A stretch of DNA of 64,000 bases from Octopus vulgaris (Eukaryota): assembly GCA_951406725.2 (NCBI GenBank), contig OX597819.1:98456001-98520000 (forward strand), given 5' to 3'. The notes beneath the pieces were generated by a model. It was given only the letters and a program-made list of their open reading frames with translations. It did not search any database and was not told the origin of the DNA. Below, in pieces: positions 12,036 through 24,854 of the stretch; position 1 is the first letter of the stretch; each line of letters starts with the position of its first letter. Position numbers and translations under genes: made by a program.

Positions 12036-12779
12036 AAAATATGGTTAATATTTCCTTTGAACTCATAAATATAATTGCCATAAACTGAACACCCATGAAT
12101 TGACCACTTGCCTGTTGATTGAACTACAAAATCAAACTACCATAGACTGAAGTCTTGTTAAAATGTTTTGAGTTGGTAGTAGTGGTAACATGAGGTGTGA
12201 AAGAGATTTAGAGGTTGATAGTCATAGGTGAGATAATGTTATGAAATGGGGTTCTCAATTTAATGCCAGTATGGAAGAGCATAAATTATGTTAATGTGGC
12301 TGATAAAATCATGACCTTTGTGGATATGAACTAATTTGAAATTTAATAGCTTTGTTGGACCTTTTCAATGAATGGAGATGTAAATAATTAACACAAATTT
12401 AGTGAGTGATGATATATGTTCATGATATTTGTTTCAGTAATATCATTGTTGTATGTATATTGATATAGCAATGTAATTGCTCTGTATATACGTATATATA
12501 TGTGTGTGTGTCACTATTGACCTGGCTATTGGATGTTGTTATACCCTGCTTGTAACACTGCACTTCCTTGCATTGTCGTTGCTCTTTTGACTGATGCCAC
12601 CCACACCATCTGGCTTGGTGGGCAAGTCAACATTTTCCCCTAAACAGAACAGAAGCCTGACACAGGGGTACCCATTTACAGATTGGTGACCTGGAGCAAT
12701 GTGAAATAAAGTGTTTGCTCAAGAATACAATACACTTTTAAGTGGCCTCACATGGACGCTTTCATGTGGCAATGCCATG

Positions 12780-13905
12780 AGTGCTTTGCACCACCAGAAG
12801 GACCGGACTTAACATTTCTGCTGCAGAATATGTGTCTTCTTGAGTACAGCAAGGCGCCAGGCACCTTGATCCTTTGTCATCTCACCTGAAATGTTCAGTG
12901 TCCTGAGGTCGTTCTTCTGTACTTCTTCCCATATTTTCCTGGGGCTTCCACTTCCATGTATTCCATCTACTTTGAAAGATCAGCACTTTTTTATGGAGCT
13001 ATCAATATCCATCCGCATCATATGACTAAACCAGTGTACACATCTCTTGTGAAAGGTAGGAGAGTCCAGTTTGCTGGACATTGTTGTAGAGCTGAAAACG
13101 AGGCAATTTCTACTCTTCTCGTCTGGAAGCCATCTACTCGCAATACCAGAGGGTGCACACTCTCCTACCCTGATGTAATCTCCAGGGATACAGGCATCCA
13201 GCAACAGGACCTCCGTAATGCCATGATGGACCGTGAAGTCTGGCGTAGCATGGTAAATTCCATTGTCTTGATCACGGTTGAACAATGATGAATGATGATG
13301 ATGAGTGCACACAGCAACTAATTCCTTTTATGCCTAACTTCTTTCTCAAAACACTAGCACTCTGTTGAACATGTACTCTTACATTACAGATCCGGCAGAG
13401 CATACTAGCCTCATTCCTTTTTAACCTCTACATGCCCTCTGCATTCAAGGCCCATATCTCACTACCATATAGAATTGTTGCCTGTATAGATCCATCATAT
13501 ATTCTTCCTTTCACTCAGAGAAAAATTTTGTGGCTAACAGAGGTAACATCTCTGAATTTCCTCCATCGTATTCTTATTCTAGCTATCACACTCTCTGTGC
13601 ATTTTCCCCAACTACTAATTTGATCCTCTAGGTGGCAGAGGTTATCTACTACCTCTGATGAGCCGCCAGGATATTTGTGAGACTCAATTTCCCATGTCTC
13701 TAAAGTTTTTATGGATCCTGTGCATCTTCCACATATGAAAACCATCTTCTCCGATAACCTTCCTATTAATCCACTGCACTTATTGTGTGACCATAGCTTA
13801 CACTTGGTACACCATATGGAATTTCTGCCTACACTTTTTCTACAAATTGAACAGGGCTACCTACCTGAGTCGGGTTGGGTCCTGCCAATTTTCTCACTTA
13901 TTAGG
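12780..13905 (-). mobile_element. decayed RTE LINE ORF fragment
   Basis: minus-strand VVDNLCHLEDQISSWGKCTESVIARIRIRWRKFRD resembles the RTE RT C-terminal region. Confidence 0.7.
13025..13303 (+). mobile_element. 5'-truncated LINE 3' end nested in the RTE fragment
   Basis: RRVQFAGHCCRAENEAISTLLVW...MMDREVWRSMV followed by an (ATG)n tail. Confidence 0.7.
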
Positions 13906-13936
13906 GAACACACACACACACACACACATATATATT

Positions 13937-14220
13937 GAGGGCTTTGGGCCTAAGGTGTTAGGGTTAGGGTGTTGCATTGATGGATGTAAGATTGTGGTTT
14001 CAGTTCCTAGACCGGGTGGTGCATTGTGTTCTTTAGCAAAGCACTTCATCTCGCGTTGTTCTGTAATCATTTCAACACCTAACATATTGTACACCGTGCA
14101 CCTGTGCAAGCAATATTGATTTAAATGAGCTGGTGTATAACGCATACATTTGATCACTATAAACAAATCACTTGTGCAGGTCATTGAATGCTTGTACGTT
14201 GCCCTCAACAGGAGAGTCCA
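13937..14220 (+). mobile_element. diverged tRNA-derived SINE
   Basis: degenerate A/B boxes followed by a TTGTGTTCTTTAGCAAAGCACTT core shared with family D. Confidence 0.5.
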
Positions 14221-14520
14221 TGTATGCGTGTGTGTGTTTGTGTATGTGTGTGTGTATATGTGTTTGTGTATATATATATATGTATATGTGTGTGTATATA
14301 TGTAACCACTATAAGCTGTGGTTCAGAATATGTATATATCATGTATATATATTGTAATAGTGTTACAGTAATATCATTGTTGCTATATGTATTAATGATG
14401 TTACAGTAATAGAAAAGATGTCTATCCATAAAAAAAAATTGTTGTGGAAGGACTCCGACCACCCCACCAAGTGACTAAAGGTGGACTGTCTCATTATGGA
14501 CTGTGAGTGATTTGTTGTTC

Positions 14521-14755
14521 ATCATCATCATCATCATCATCATCGTTTAACGTCCGTTTTCCGCGCTAGCACGGGTTGGACGGTTTGACCGGGGTCTGGG
14601 AAGCTAGAGGCCGCTCCAGGCTCCAGTCTGATCTGGCAGAGTTTCTACGGCTGGATGCCCTTCCTAACGCCAACCACTCCGCAAGTGGAGTGGGTGCTTT
14701 TTACGTGCCACCTGCACAGGGGCCGGGGGGTCCGGCATCGGTCACGATCGGTTCG
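14521..14755 (-). mobile_element. RTE 3' UTR fragment
   Basis: (CAT)n plus CGTTTAACGTCCGTTTTCC..., homologous to 671-900. Confidence 0.8.
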
Positions 14756-15171
14756 AGCTTTTTTTTTTAGAGTTGAGTTGGGGGGGGTCTAGCTGAGAAA
14801 GGTTCCACCAGTGGAAAGAGAGGGAGAGATAGTGGGGGGGTGCAGGTAATATAGGGAAGCACCAGTGGGGAAGGTTGGGTAAGGAGGAACGATGACAAGG
14901 AAGGGTTGGTGCAGAAGAAATAAAAACGTAGGATATCACGAGACGGGGAGGGAACTGGAAGGAGATAGTTGGATTGAGGCAGTGACAGATTCTAAACAGG
15001 AGGTAACGTAAGATCAGTGGGGCAGTTAATGAGCTGCGGTGCTAGCAGCTTGTCTTGGTGGGGGGAAGGGGTAGTACATAGTGAAAGCATGTGAGAAGGA
15101 GGGGTAGGAGGGAGAGACACACGCAATGGTGGTGGGGGAGCAGGAGAGAGGAGGGCATATCCGGTGTAGAT

Positions 15172-15511
15172 GGTGAGAAGTGTTCACCGGTATTGGTGGT
15201 GAGAAGTGTTCACCGGTATTGGTGGTGGGGGTGAGAAGTGTTCACCGGTATTGGTGGTGGGGGTGAGAAGTGTTCACCGATATTGGTGGTGGGGGTGAGA
15301 AGTGTTCACCGGTATTGGTGGTGGGGGTGAGAAGTGTTCACCGGTATTGGTGGTGGGGGTGAGAAGTGTTCACCGGTATTGGTGGTGGGGGTGAGAAGTG
15401 TTCACTGGTATTGGTGGTGGGGTGAGAAGTGTTCACCGGTATTGGTGGTGGGGGTGAGAAGTGTTCACCGGTATTGGTGGTGGGGGTGAGAAGTGTTCAC
15501 TGGTATTGGTG
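15172..15511. repeat. 32-bp G-rich minisatellite, about 11 copies
   Basis: unit GTGAGAAGTGTTCACCGGTATTGGTGGTGGGG starts at 15231, 15263, 15295 and so on. Confidence 0.95.
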
Positions 15512-16360
15512 GGAGGGCGGGGGCACCGCCGAATGGCGGAAAGATGGAATTAAGGATTGAACGTTAAAGAGGGTTAAATTTCGTAGAGAGAAAGATAGAT
15601 AAGCAAGTTACTCTATGAGTACAGACGTTGGTAGCAATTCCCTGTGAGCCTTTGATATAGAGTGAGTCTCATGTACTAATAGTAGTGCGTCATGTATATA
15701 CTTCCTTCCCCACTGCTTTGTTGCATTATATACCCAAATAAAAATGGAAAAGCACATAGATCAGACACTGGAGGTGAAAGTGTCAAAGCTGTCGTACATA
15801 TTATTTATGCAGGATACCAGCACAGGCTGGGTTAGGCACAGGTGTGATTGTGTGGTAAGAAGTGGAGGTGCGTGACCTAGTGGTTAGGGTGTTGAACTCC
15901 TGATCGTAAAGTTACGGTTTTGATTCCTGGACCAAGCAATGCGCTGTGTTCTTGAGCAAAATACTTCATTTCATGTTGCTCCAAAAAAGCTTCTTGTGGG
16001 TAATAAAGAAATAAGAAGTTTGCTTCCTAGCCACATAGTTCTGTGTTCAATCCTACTCTATGGCAATTTGAGCATATATCTTCCGCTCCAAAGTGCTGTG
16101 GGTGGATTTGGCAAATGGAAACTAAAAGAAGCCTGTTGTATCTGTGTGTGTTATTGCTTCTTTGCCCTGATATCAAGTGATAGTCATAAATGAGTGTCTT
16201 TGTGGTGCAGTGTAAGAGGTGTTCCTCATTCCCAATCTTCTATGAAATCATGTCTGGCCATGGCAAAAATATTTCCTCACTTGGAAATAGGCAAGGGTTG
16301 GCAATAGGAAGGGTATCCGGCTGTAGAAAATCCACCTCAACAAAATTCTGTCAGACCTAT

Positions 16361-16589
16361 TTAACCCTTTCGTTACTGTATTTATTTTAAGATGCTCTGT
16401 GTTTCTTTCAATTATTTAAAATATAACAAAGAATTTAGTAAAATAACCTAGTTATCATTAAGCTAGTGTTAGTAATATAAATTGCGACTAAGGTTTAGTG
16501 GTATATTTTTATGCAAAACTTATGAAAACAAGACATTTGTACTACAGAGCCAGAGCCGGTTTTGGCCGGGTTGGTAACGAAAGGGTTAA
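16361..16589. mobile_element. piggyBac-type MITE (221 bp) with TTAA TSD
   Basis: perfect 12-bp TIR CCCTTTCGTTAC / GTAACGAAAGGG flanked by TTAA on both sides; nested in an older SINE. Confidence 0.9.
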
Positions 16590-16702
16590 GCATAGAAAAG
16601 TTGACATTTGAAACAATGATGATAATGACTTACCTAGTGTGTCTGTGTGAAGATCTGTGGAAACACAAAGACATACACACCTGATTAGCTTCCATACAGT
16701 TT

Positions 16703-17010
16703 CTCTATCTCTCGCCCTTTTCAAGCCTAGCCAGGCTCATGGGCCTGGTTTCCCAGTTTCTGTGGCGTATGTGTTCCCCCCAGCTGGACAGGATTCCGGG
16801 TCCATTGCAGTGTCACTCAAGAAACAGGAAGAGAGAGTAAGAGAAAGTTGGGGGCGAAAGAGTACAACAGGGGTTGCCACTCCCCCCTGCCGGAGCCTCA
16901 TGGAGCTTTAGGTGTTTTCGCTCAATAAACTCACACGCCTGGTCTGGGAATCGAAACCACAATCCTCCGACTGAGTCTGCTGCCCTAACCACTGGGCCAT
17001 TGCGCCTCCA
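16703..17010 (-). mobile_element. tRNA-derived SINE family E
   Basis: minus strand GGAGGCGCAATGGCCCAGTGGTTAGGGC...GGTTTCGATTCCC (A and B boxes); interrupts a family A remnant. Confidence 0.75.
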
Positions 17011-17256
17011 CTCCATACAGTTTCCATTGACCCTATTTCATCAAAAAGTATTGGTTGGCTTGAGGTTATAATAGAAAACATTTGCTCAAAGTGCCACACA
17101 ATGGGATTGAACCTAAACCCCATGTGGTTATGAAGTGAACTTCTTAACTACACAGTCAAATATGTGTGTTTGTGTATTTTGATGTGTGTGAAGTAAAATA
17201 ATGTTTATGTGACCCTATTTATGTTCTTGCTACTCATCTCATTTTTCCATTCTTAG

Positions 17257-17405
17257 GTGGTCAACACAGTAAACCAATTCTGTTCATTCTTGATGAATTT
17301 GATCTTTTTGCCCAGCATCGGAACCAAACCTTACTCTACAACCTCTTTGATATAGCTCAGTCTGCTCAGGCCCCAATCACTATCATTGGTGTAACTTGTC
17401 GCTTT
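17257..17405 (+). CDS. ORC4: ORC4 exon with Walker B ([49 protein letters not shown])
   Basis: tcttag / gtaagt, 149 bp; ILDEFD Walker B and the QTLLYNLFD motif are diagnostic of ORC4. Confidence 0.97.
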
Positions 17406-17496
17406 GTAAGTCATATCTACTTTACTCCTTCTGATACTTCATTTGATACTACTGCTCCTGTGTCTACTACTACTACTTTTTATAATAATAATAATG

Positions 17497-17711
17497 ATTT
17501 CAGATTTTGGTACAAGGCCAGCAAGTTCAGGGGTAGAGTAAGTCAATTAGAATTATCCCAATGCCTAACTGGTACTTATTTTAAAAATCCCTGAAAGGAT
17601 GAAAGGCAAAGCTGACCTTGGCAGAATTTGAACTCAGAATGTAAGGACGGACAAAATACCACTCAGTATTTTACCTGGCGTGCTAACGATTCTACCAACT
17701 CACTGCCTTAA
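17497..17711 (-). mobile_element. SINE family B
   Basis: homology to family B. Confidence 0.7.
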
Positions 17712-17727
17712 TAATGATAATAATAAA

Positions 17728-18120
17728 AGATGGGCTACAAAGAAGATTGGCTACAGCAAATATTCTGCTCCGTACCACAGGTTTGCTTGTCAGTTGTTTG
17801 ACCGTAACCAGTTGAGCATGTCCCTTAGTGGCTGAAGATATGTGCATCTCTGATCACGAGTAGAAGTAGTGGGGGAGCATTATAGCCATGTGTTGAGAGG
17901 AATTCTTTGGAGTTGAATAATTCACCTTTAGAAACATGAGTGTTTTGTTCAACATCCTTAAGCAACCCTTATTCAGGGACCTTTTAAACAGGATAGGCTA
18001 CTCAACCTGAAGAAAATTCTAACTGGGCCCCATCTGCCAGGCCATGTGCTGTTAATCTTGATATGAGATCACAATGTTACGCACATATGGTTGTGAGGCC
18101 TTGTGTACCCTTATCAGACC
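17728..18120 (+). mobile_element. interspersed repeat (probable LINE 3' UTR or SINE), homologous to 57122-57518
   Basis: reverse-complement similarity over about 300 bp (e.g. ACCCTTATTCAGGGACC, TCTTGATATGAGATCAC). Confidence 0.7.
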
Positions 18121-18397
18121 TAGAGCTCTGAGAAGTAAAATGATAATAATAATGATAATAATAACAATACCCTGTGAGACCTGTCTGCTATCACCGAATT
18201 AACTGGAGCAATTAAAATTGAGAGCTCTGAGAAGTAAAATAATGATGGCATTAATATACAAACATAGACACAAGGTCAGAAATGTCAAGGCAAAGGTATA
18301 ATTTATTTAATTAACCTTATTACATGAGTGGTACTTATTTTATCAACCTTGGAAAGCTGAGAGGCAAAGTCTACCACTCAGAATGTAAAGGACATAT

Positions 18398-18513
18398 TTA
18401 ACCTTTAGCATGCTGCATTTTCTCTAGAATTGTTTCCCCTATCACTGCCCTGTTACTACAGGGGAGAAAATTCATATGGTGACATGATGCACCTACAGTG
18501 TGCTAAAGGTTAA
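18398..18513. mobile_element. 108-bp piggyBac-type MITE with TTAA TSD
   Basis: TTAA-CCTTTAGCA ... TGCTAAAGG-TTAA; splits a family B SINE remnant. Confidence 0.8.
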
Positions 18514-18599
18514 ATACTGCAAGATATGTTGTTGGCCCTTACGCTGATTTGGCCACTTACCACCTCAATAGTCATTATTATCGCACCTGCAGTTAATAC

Positions 18600-18900
18600 T
18601 GAGTTGGAATTCCAACCAGTCTGCATTGGATTTGATCCAGGATGCCTGTGTGAATAGCAGCAGCATTACTTCAGATACGGGAGTATTATTCCATGTTGGC
18701 ATCACTTGAGTCTTGTAGAGTGTCAGCTGTTGTTGGGGAGTGGAATATCTTCTGCCCCTAAAGAGAAGGGCTTCTCTTTGCGATGCAGTGCTAGCTATGC
18801 TAGGATATGCTTTTGCCAGGAAATATTCCTGGTGATTGTGAGAACTTGTATATGGATCAAGCATGAGGATTTCAGCTGAGTGATGCTCATGCTTAGGAGT
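18600..18900 (-). mobile_element. old CR1-like RT C-terminal fragment
   Basis: LLFRGRRYSTPQQLTLYKTQVMPT-like peptide. Confidence 0.5.
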
Positions 18901-19405
18901 GTGATGTAGTGATGTTTTCTTGATATGAGTAGTATTTGCTCTTTGTGGGTGGGGGATGAAACGTGCTTGGAGGGAGAAGGTCGATGGCGCAGAGCATTAC
19001 CAAAGTGGTTTTAGGATACCGTTTTTGCTGTGGTGGGTAGGTTTTCTTGAGTACAGTAAGACACCAGATATCTTGGTTCTTCTGTATGTTTGTGTGTGCC
19101 TGTCCAGATGAATAGACAGATTGTCAGCAATACAAACTGTCCAATACAAATAAGTTATATATTTCATATTAAAAACTTGGTATTAGACATTGATAGTGAA
19201 AAACATCTGATAGCTTTGAGTGGTTAGTTAAAATAGTTAAGATAACAGAAAAATTACACTTTTGATAAATAATTTAAGAAAATGTAATGGCAGCGAATTT
19301 GTAGTATATTTTGGTATTGTAGTTAGCTGGCAAGCAATGCTCTTTGATCTCAGATTGGTGCTTATAATCTCTCATACCACTGTGCTATGATTTTGGTCGT
19401 TTCAG

Positions 19406-19579
19406 GATGTGATGGAACTGTTAGAAAAACGTGTTAAATCTCGTTTTTCTCATCGCCAAATCCTTTTGTTCAACAAACTCTCCTTCAAAGAATATACAGA
19501 AGTCTTTAAAAAATACCTCAAATTACCAAAAACGTTTCCTGATTCCAAGTTTGTTTCAAAGTGGAATGATTCCATTGAG
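19406..19579 (+). CDS. ORC4: ORC4 exon (DVMELLEKRVKSRFSHRQILL...KWNDSIE)
   Basis: tttcag / gtgagt, 174 bp; LEKRVKSRFSHR arginine-finger motif of ORC4. Confidence 0.97.
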
Positions 19580-20315
19580 GTGAGTCTTTTTTGGTGAAAT
19601 ATTGATTTAAAGTAGAAAGAAAATAGATTCTTGAAGTACTTTTTATAGATTATCTTTTCATTTAAACATGTTTTCGTACTTTTTTTAGTCCAAAAAGGAA
19701 CACTGAACGAATTTGTTGATATATTAGACCGATGTAGTGTATATGGAGAAAATAAGGAAAAGGAGGGATAGTATGAGAAATCCAGATCTAAGAGAGAAAG
19801 AAGTAGACAAAGTGGTTAGTCTGGGTGTCTCTTACACCTTCAGATTTACACTTGAAATCTAATTGATGTCAATCTTGTTTGCTTCATGGATTGTTCCGTA
19901 TTTCCTACAAGTGTCACAGTTGAACAGTGCAATAGAATGTGGTCTGTGTTTTGTGGGACATTAGACTGGAATATAGTGAATTCATAATATCCACATTGAT
20001 GTAGGTTAGATGTTGTTCTACTGGGGACTGACTGCAGCCTGTTTGCATACGTCCACTGATTTCTGGTTTTATGATAGAAGCTATGAAGCTGGTTCCTCAG
20101 TCTCTCCTGGTTTTCTTAATGTTGAATGAGATGACAGGCCATGCTGGGGCATCATTTTGAAGTTTTTAGTGGAACGAGTTATCAGTCATCATCACGGTTG
20201 ATTAGATGGCCCTTATCACTCTGACAGATAAACATGATGTCAATAGATGGTAAGCAGGAGTTAGCCTTTATTGTTTGAAGTATATGTCTATATAGGATCT
20301 TTATATCTTTGCTAG

Positions 20316-20402
20316 AAACTGTGTCAGGATGGTACCATTCAAGATGTTCTGAAACGTCAGTACAGCATTGATAAAGACATTCGAAGACTTCAGACATTTA
20401 TG
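20316..20402 (+). CDS. ORC4: ORC4 exon (KLCQDGTIQDVLKRQYSIDKDIRRLQTFM)
   Basis: ctttgctag / gtaagt, 87 bp, phase 0-0; aligns to ORC4 [29 protein letters not shown]. Confidence 0.88.
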
Positions 20403-20879
20403 GTAAGTTTTGTTATAATACTGCTCTTTTCTGTTCTCTCTGTAGTTCTTTATTAATGTTGTAGTAAACAGTGCATGCTCAATCACTCTCTCTCTGTCCC
20501 TCTCTCTTTCACACACACACGCTCTCTCTCGCACAATGTCCCACTTTTCCATTCTTGTATGAGTCAGATGGAATTACCAGCTCGCATTTCCAAACAAGTT
20601 AATATTTTCCCGTTGCTAAAAAGACTGGAGATGAACGACACAGGTCTGTTCACTGGTGCGTGCACGGTCGGGCCGCACAGAGCTCTGTGGCCGACCTCAC
20701 ACCCACCGGCGGATAGGGCCGGGAGTGCGAACAGATGACTGAAGTGGATGTGTGCAAGGCTCAATGTCGCCGTTGCCCTGACATACTGTGGCACGTTTTT
20801 GAGACCCGAATTCCAACTACGAGCTTTTCAAATGCAACAATTTTAATACATATATGTACATATACATCTATATATATAC

Positions 20880-20913
<34 letters not shown>

Positions 20914-20929
20914 GGAAATCATAGTTGTC

Positions 20930-21248
20930 ATCCCTGTGCCAATGGCACATAAAAAGCACCATCTAAACGTGGCCAATGCCAGCACTGCCTTGACTGGCTT
21001 CCGTGCCGGTGGCACGTAAAAAGCACCAGCCGATCGTGGTCGTTGCCAGCCTCGCTTGGCACCTGTGCCAGCGGCACGTAAAAAGCACCCACTACACTCA
21101 TGGAGCGGTTGGCGTTAGGAAGGGTATCAAGCTGTAGAAACACTGCCAGATCAGACTGGGCCTGGTGCAGCCTTCTGTCTTCCCAGAACCCGGTCGAACC
21201 GTCCAACCCATGCTAGCATGGAAAACGGACGTTAAATGATGATGATGA
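20930..21248 (+). mobile_element. RTE 3' UTR fragment
   Basis: GGCACGTAAAAAGCACC repeats, ...GGAAAACGGACGTTAAA then (TGA)n. Confidence 0.8.
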
Positions 21249-21262
21249 CATCTATAAATATA

Positions 21263-21327
<65 letters not shown>

Positions 21328-21768
21328 ATATATATATATCATCATCATCATCATCATCATCGTTAAATGATGATGATGATGATATATATATATGTACACA
21401 AAATTCTTCTAGGTGGTGCCCCAGCATGGACATAGCCTGATGACTGAAATGAGTAAAAGATAAAAGAGAAAATACTTGTAGCTTCAACATAATCCTCAAG
21501 CACTCTTATCATGTCATAGGTGTGTTCAAAGCATTCAAAGATTTACACAGCAAAGATGTAACCGACCTAACAGGTTCTTGTTCAAAGACCGATGACCAAA
21601 AGCAAAAAAAGAGATAAAAAATAGAAAGCGCCTCAGTAAAATTACTCTTTATGATTACACTGACACACAAAAGTTGCTAATCGTTCCCATAATTAATCAC
21701 TCTTTAATTCTGTATAAGAAAAATGTGATTAAAATGTTGGAAAATATCTTTTTTTTTTAAATAGGGCA

Positions 21769-22165
21769 TACTCTCTTTTACTTGTTTCAGTCATTTGACT
21801 GTGGCCATGCTGGAGCACCGCCTTTTTAGTCGAGCAAATCGACCCCAGGACTTATTCTTTGTAAGCCTAGTACTTATTCCATCGGTCTGTATTGCCGAAC
21901 CGCTAAGTTAAAGGGATGTAAACACACCAGCATTGTCAAGCGATGTTGGGGGGACAAACACAGACACAAACATATACACACACACACATACATACATACA
22001 TACATATATATATATATATACATATATACGACAGGCTTCTTTCAGTTTCCATCTGCCAAATCCACTCACAAGGCTTTGGTCGGCCCAAGGTGCCGCGCAG
22101 TGGGACTGAACCCGGAACCATGTGGTTGGTAAGCAAGCTACTTACCACACAATCACTTTTACGCA
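21769..22165 (-). mobile_element. SINE family A
   Basis: homology to family A with a small internal deletion. Confidence 0.85.
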
Positions 22166-23372
22166 TGGGTAAGAATGACATGTAAATTTGTGAAGTGTTC
22201 CATATTTTTTTTTTTCATACGTACAGACATGACTAGTGTGGTTAAGAAAGTTTCTTTGCAACCATGTGATTTCAGGTTCTGACCCACTGCGTGGCACCTT
22301 GAGCAAGTGTCTTCTGCTGAGTATTTGTTAGAAGACCTTTGCACCAGATACCATGCTGTGGTATTGAACCTGGAATCACATGGTTGAAAAACAAACTCCT
22401 AAACCAAAAATGGCTCTGCTTATATCAAGTGTGTAATATCTTTTACATTTTGCTTGTTTCAGTCATTTCTCAGTGGCCATGCTGGGGCAACACCTTGAAG
22501 AGTTGAATGAATTAACCCCAGTACTTATTTTTTGTTAAGTCTGGTACTTATTCTATCGGACTCATTTGCCAAACTGCTAAGTTACAGGGACATAAACACA
22601 CCAACACCGGTTGACAAGCACACTGAGATACACACACACACACATATATTCACACACACACACATATATATATACATATATACACATATATACACACATA
22701 TATGTATATACATATACATGCACACACACACATATATATATATACCTAATACACACACATATATATATATATGTACATACACACACACACAGTTATACAC
22801 ACATGCGCAAACACACACACATACACATGTATATTTTTTTGCAAATATATTAATGAAATATATAAATAGATATTTTAACTGATAAGGCATAGTTTTAAGA
22901 AGACTTGGCTGTTATTTGTAGTAGATCAAGCAACCATGTAGAAGCTTGCACATTGTTACTTAGCCTTGGTTGAGCAGGTCTAACATCAAAAGCAGCCCAG
23001 TTGTACCCACTACATTTTTGTTCTGTTGTTTAATGAATAGCATGCCTAGGACTGCATTCTGGAATGTCTCCTGGCCTTTTAAGGCCTTTCTAAGGCAAAA
23101 AAAATGTGACTTGGAGGAGATTTGGCTGATATTTAAATCAGGCCATGTAACTATACAAAAATTTTCCTGTGTTGGCTCACTCACCCTATCTTTAGTTATA
23201 TGAGACAGGTTTCATAAAAACACCCACCGAGGTGAAATGGAAAACATTATGTCCCAGTCTTCTCGTTTTTAAGGCAAAACAATGTGATTTCAAGGAGATT
23301 TGGCTGCTATTCAAGTCATGCCAAATGACTACATAAGAAAGCGCCCACATTAGCGATGATTAGTTATATGGT

Positions 23373-23601
23373 AAAGGCGGTGAGCTGGCAGAAACATTAG
23401 CACGCCGGCTGAAATGCATGGCCGTATTTCGTCTGCTGTTATGTTCTGAGTTCAAGTTCTGCCGAGGTCGACTTCGCCTTTCATCCTTTCGGGGTCGATA
23501 AATTAAGTACCAGTTGCGCACTGGGGTCGATGTAAACAACTTAATCTGTTTGTCCTTGTTTGTCCCCTCTGTGTTTAGCCCCTTGTGGGTAGTAAAGAAA
23601 T
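23373..23601 (+). mobile_element. SINE family B, near full length
   Basis: AAGGCGGTGAGCTGGCAGAA head, GAGTTCAAGTTC B box, Nin/Deu-like core, ...GTAGTAAAGAAATA tail. Confidence 0.85.
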
Positions 23602-23782
23602 ATATATATGGTAAAGGGAGCCAACACAGGTTTAATAAAAACATCAAGGTGAAATAGGGAGCAATGTCCCCTTGCCTTCTGTTTTTTCTAAGGTAAAAAA
23701 AATGTGATTTGAGTTTCTGTGCTGGCTCACTTACCCTATCTTTAGTTGTATGGCAATGAGAATCAATACAGGTTTAATAAAC

Positions 23783-24228
23783 CTGTCTGGCCCCGTGTCG
23801 GTGGCACGTAAAAGCACCATCCGTTCGTGTTCGTTGTCAGCCTCGGCTGGCCCCCGTGCCGGTGACACGTAAAAGCACCGTCCGTTCGTGGCCGTTTGCC
23901 AGCTCTGTCTGGCCCCGTGTCGGTGGCACGTAAAAGCACCATCCGTTCGTGTCCGTTGCCAGCATCGCCTGGCCCCGTGCCGGTGACACGTAAAAGCACC
24001 ATCCGTTCGTGGCCGTTCGCCAGCTCTGTCTGGCACCTGTGCAGGTGGCACGTAAAAAACACCCACTACACTCGCGGAGTGGTTGGCGTTAGGAAGGGCA
24101 TCCAGCCGTAGAAACACTGCCAGATCTGACTGGGCCTGACGAAGCCTTCCAGCTTCACAGACCCCAGTTGACCCGTCCAACCCATGCTAGCATGGAAAGC
24201 GGACGCTAAATGATGATGATGATGATGA
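23783..24228 (+). mobile_element. RTE 3' UTR with at least 4 tandem 60-bp units
   Basis: GGCCCCGTG(T/C)CGGTG(G/A)CACGTAAAAGCACC repeated; (GAT)n tail. Confidence 0.85.
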
Positions 24229-24254
24229 TATATATATACATAGTTATATAAGTA

Positions 24255-24322
<68 letters not shown>

Positions 24323-24345
24323 TATATACATATATACATGCATAC

Positions 24346-24850
24346 ATCATCATCATCCATCATTGTTTAATGTCTGCTTTCCATACTGGCATGGTTTGAA
24401 CGATTTGACTAAGGAATGGCGAACAACTATCTTCAGCTGGATGCCCTTCCTAATGCCTACCACTCCGTGAGTGTAGTGCGTGCTTTTACATGCCACCGGC
24501 ACGAGGGCCAGTCAGGTGGTACTGGCAATGCCCACACTCAAATGGTGTTTTTTTTACATGCCACTTGCACAGGAGCCAGTCCAGCGGCACTGGCAATGAC
24601 CTTGCTCGAATATGTTTTCACGTGCCAGTAAGATGACACTGGTGATGATCACGCTCGAATGCTGCTTTTTATGTGCCACCGGCATGGAAGCCAGTCAGCT
24701 GCTCTGGCAAAGATCATACTCGGATGGTGCTCTTAGCACTCCACTAGCACGGATGCCAGTCATCGAATTTGATATCGATTTCGATTTCACTTGCCTCAAC
24801 AAGTTTTCGTAAGCAGAGTTTAGTGCCCAATGAAGGAAAGGTACGCATAA
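24346..24850 (-). mobile_element. RTE 3' UTR, inverted relative to 23783-24228
   Basis: (CAT)n then TGTTTAATGTCTGCTTTCCATACTGGCATGG...; homologous to 671-1250. Confidence 0.78.
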
Positions 24851-24854
24851 AAAG

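Noticed and set aside
15172-15511. CRISPR-like 32-bp repeats
   Set aside because: Head-to-tail units with no unique spacers, no cas genes, eukaryotic intron context
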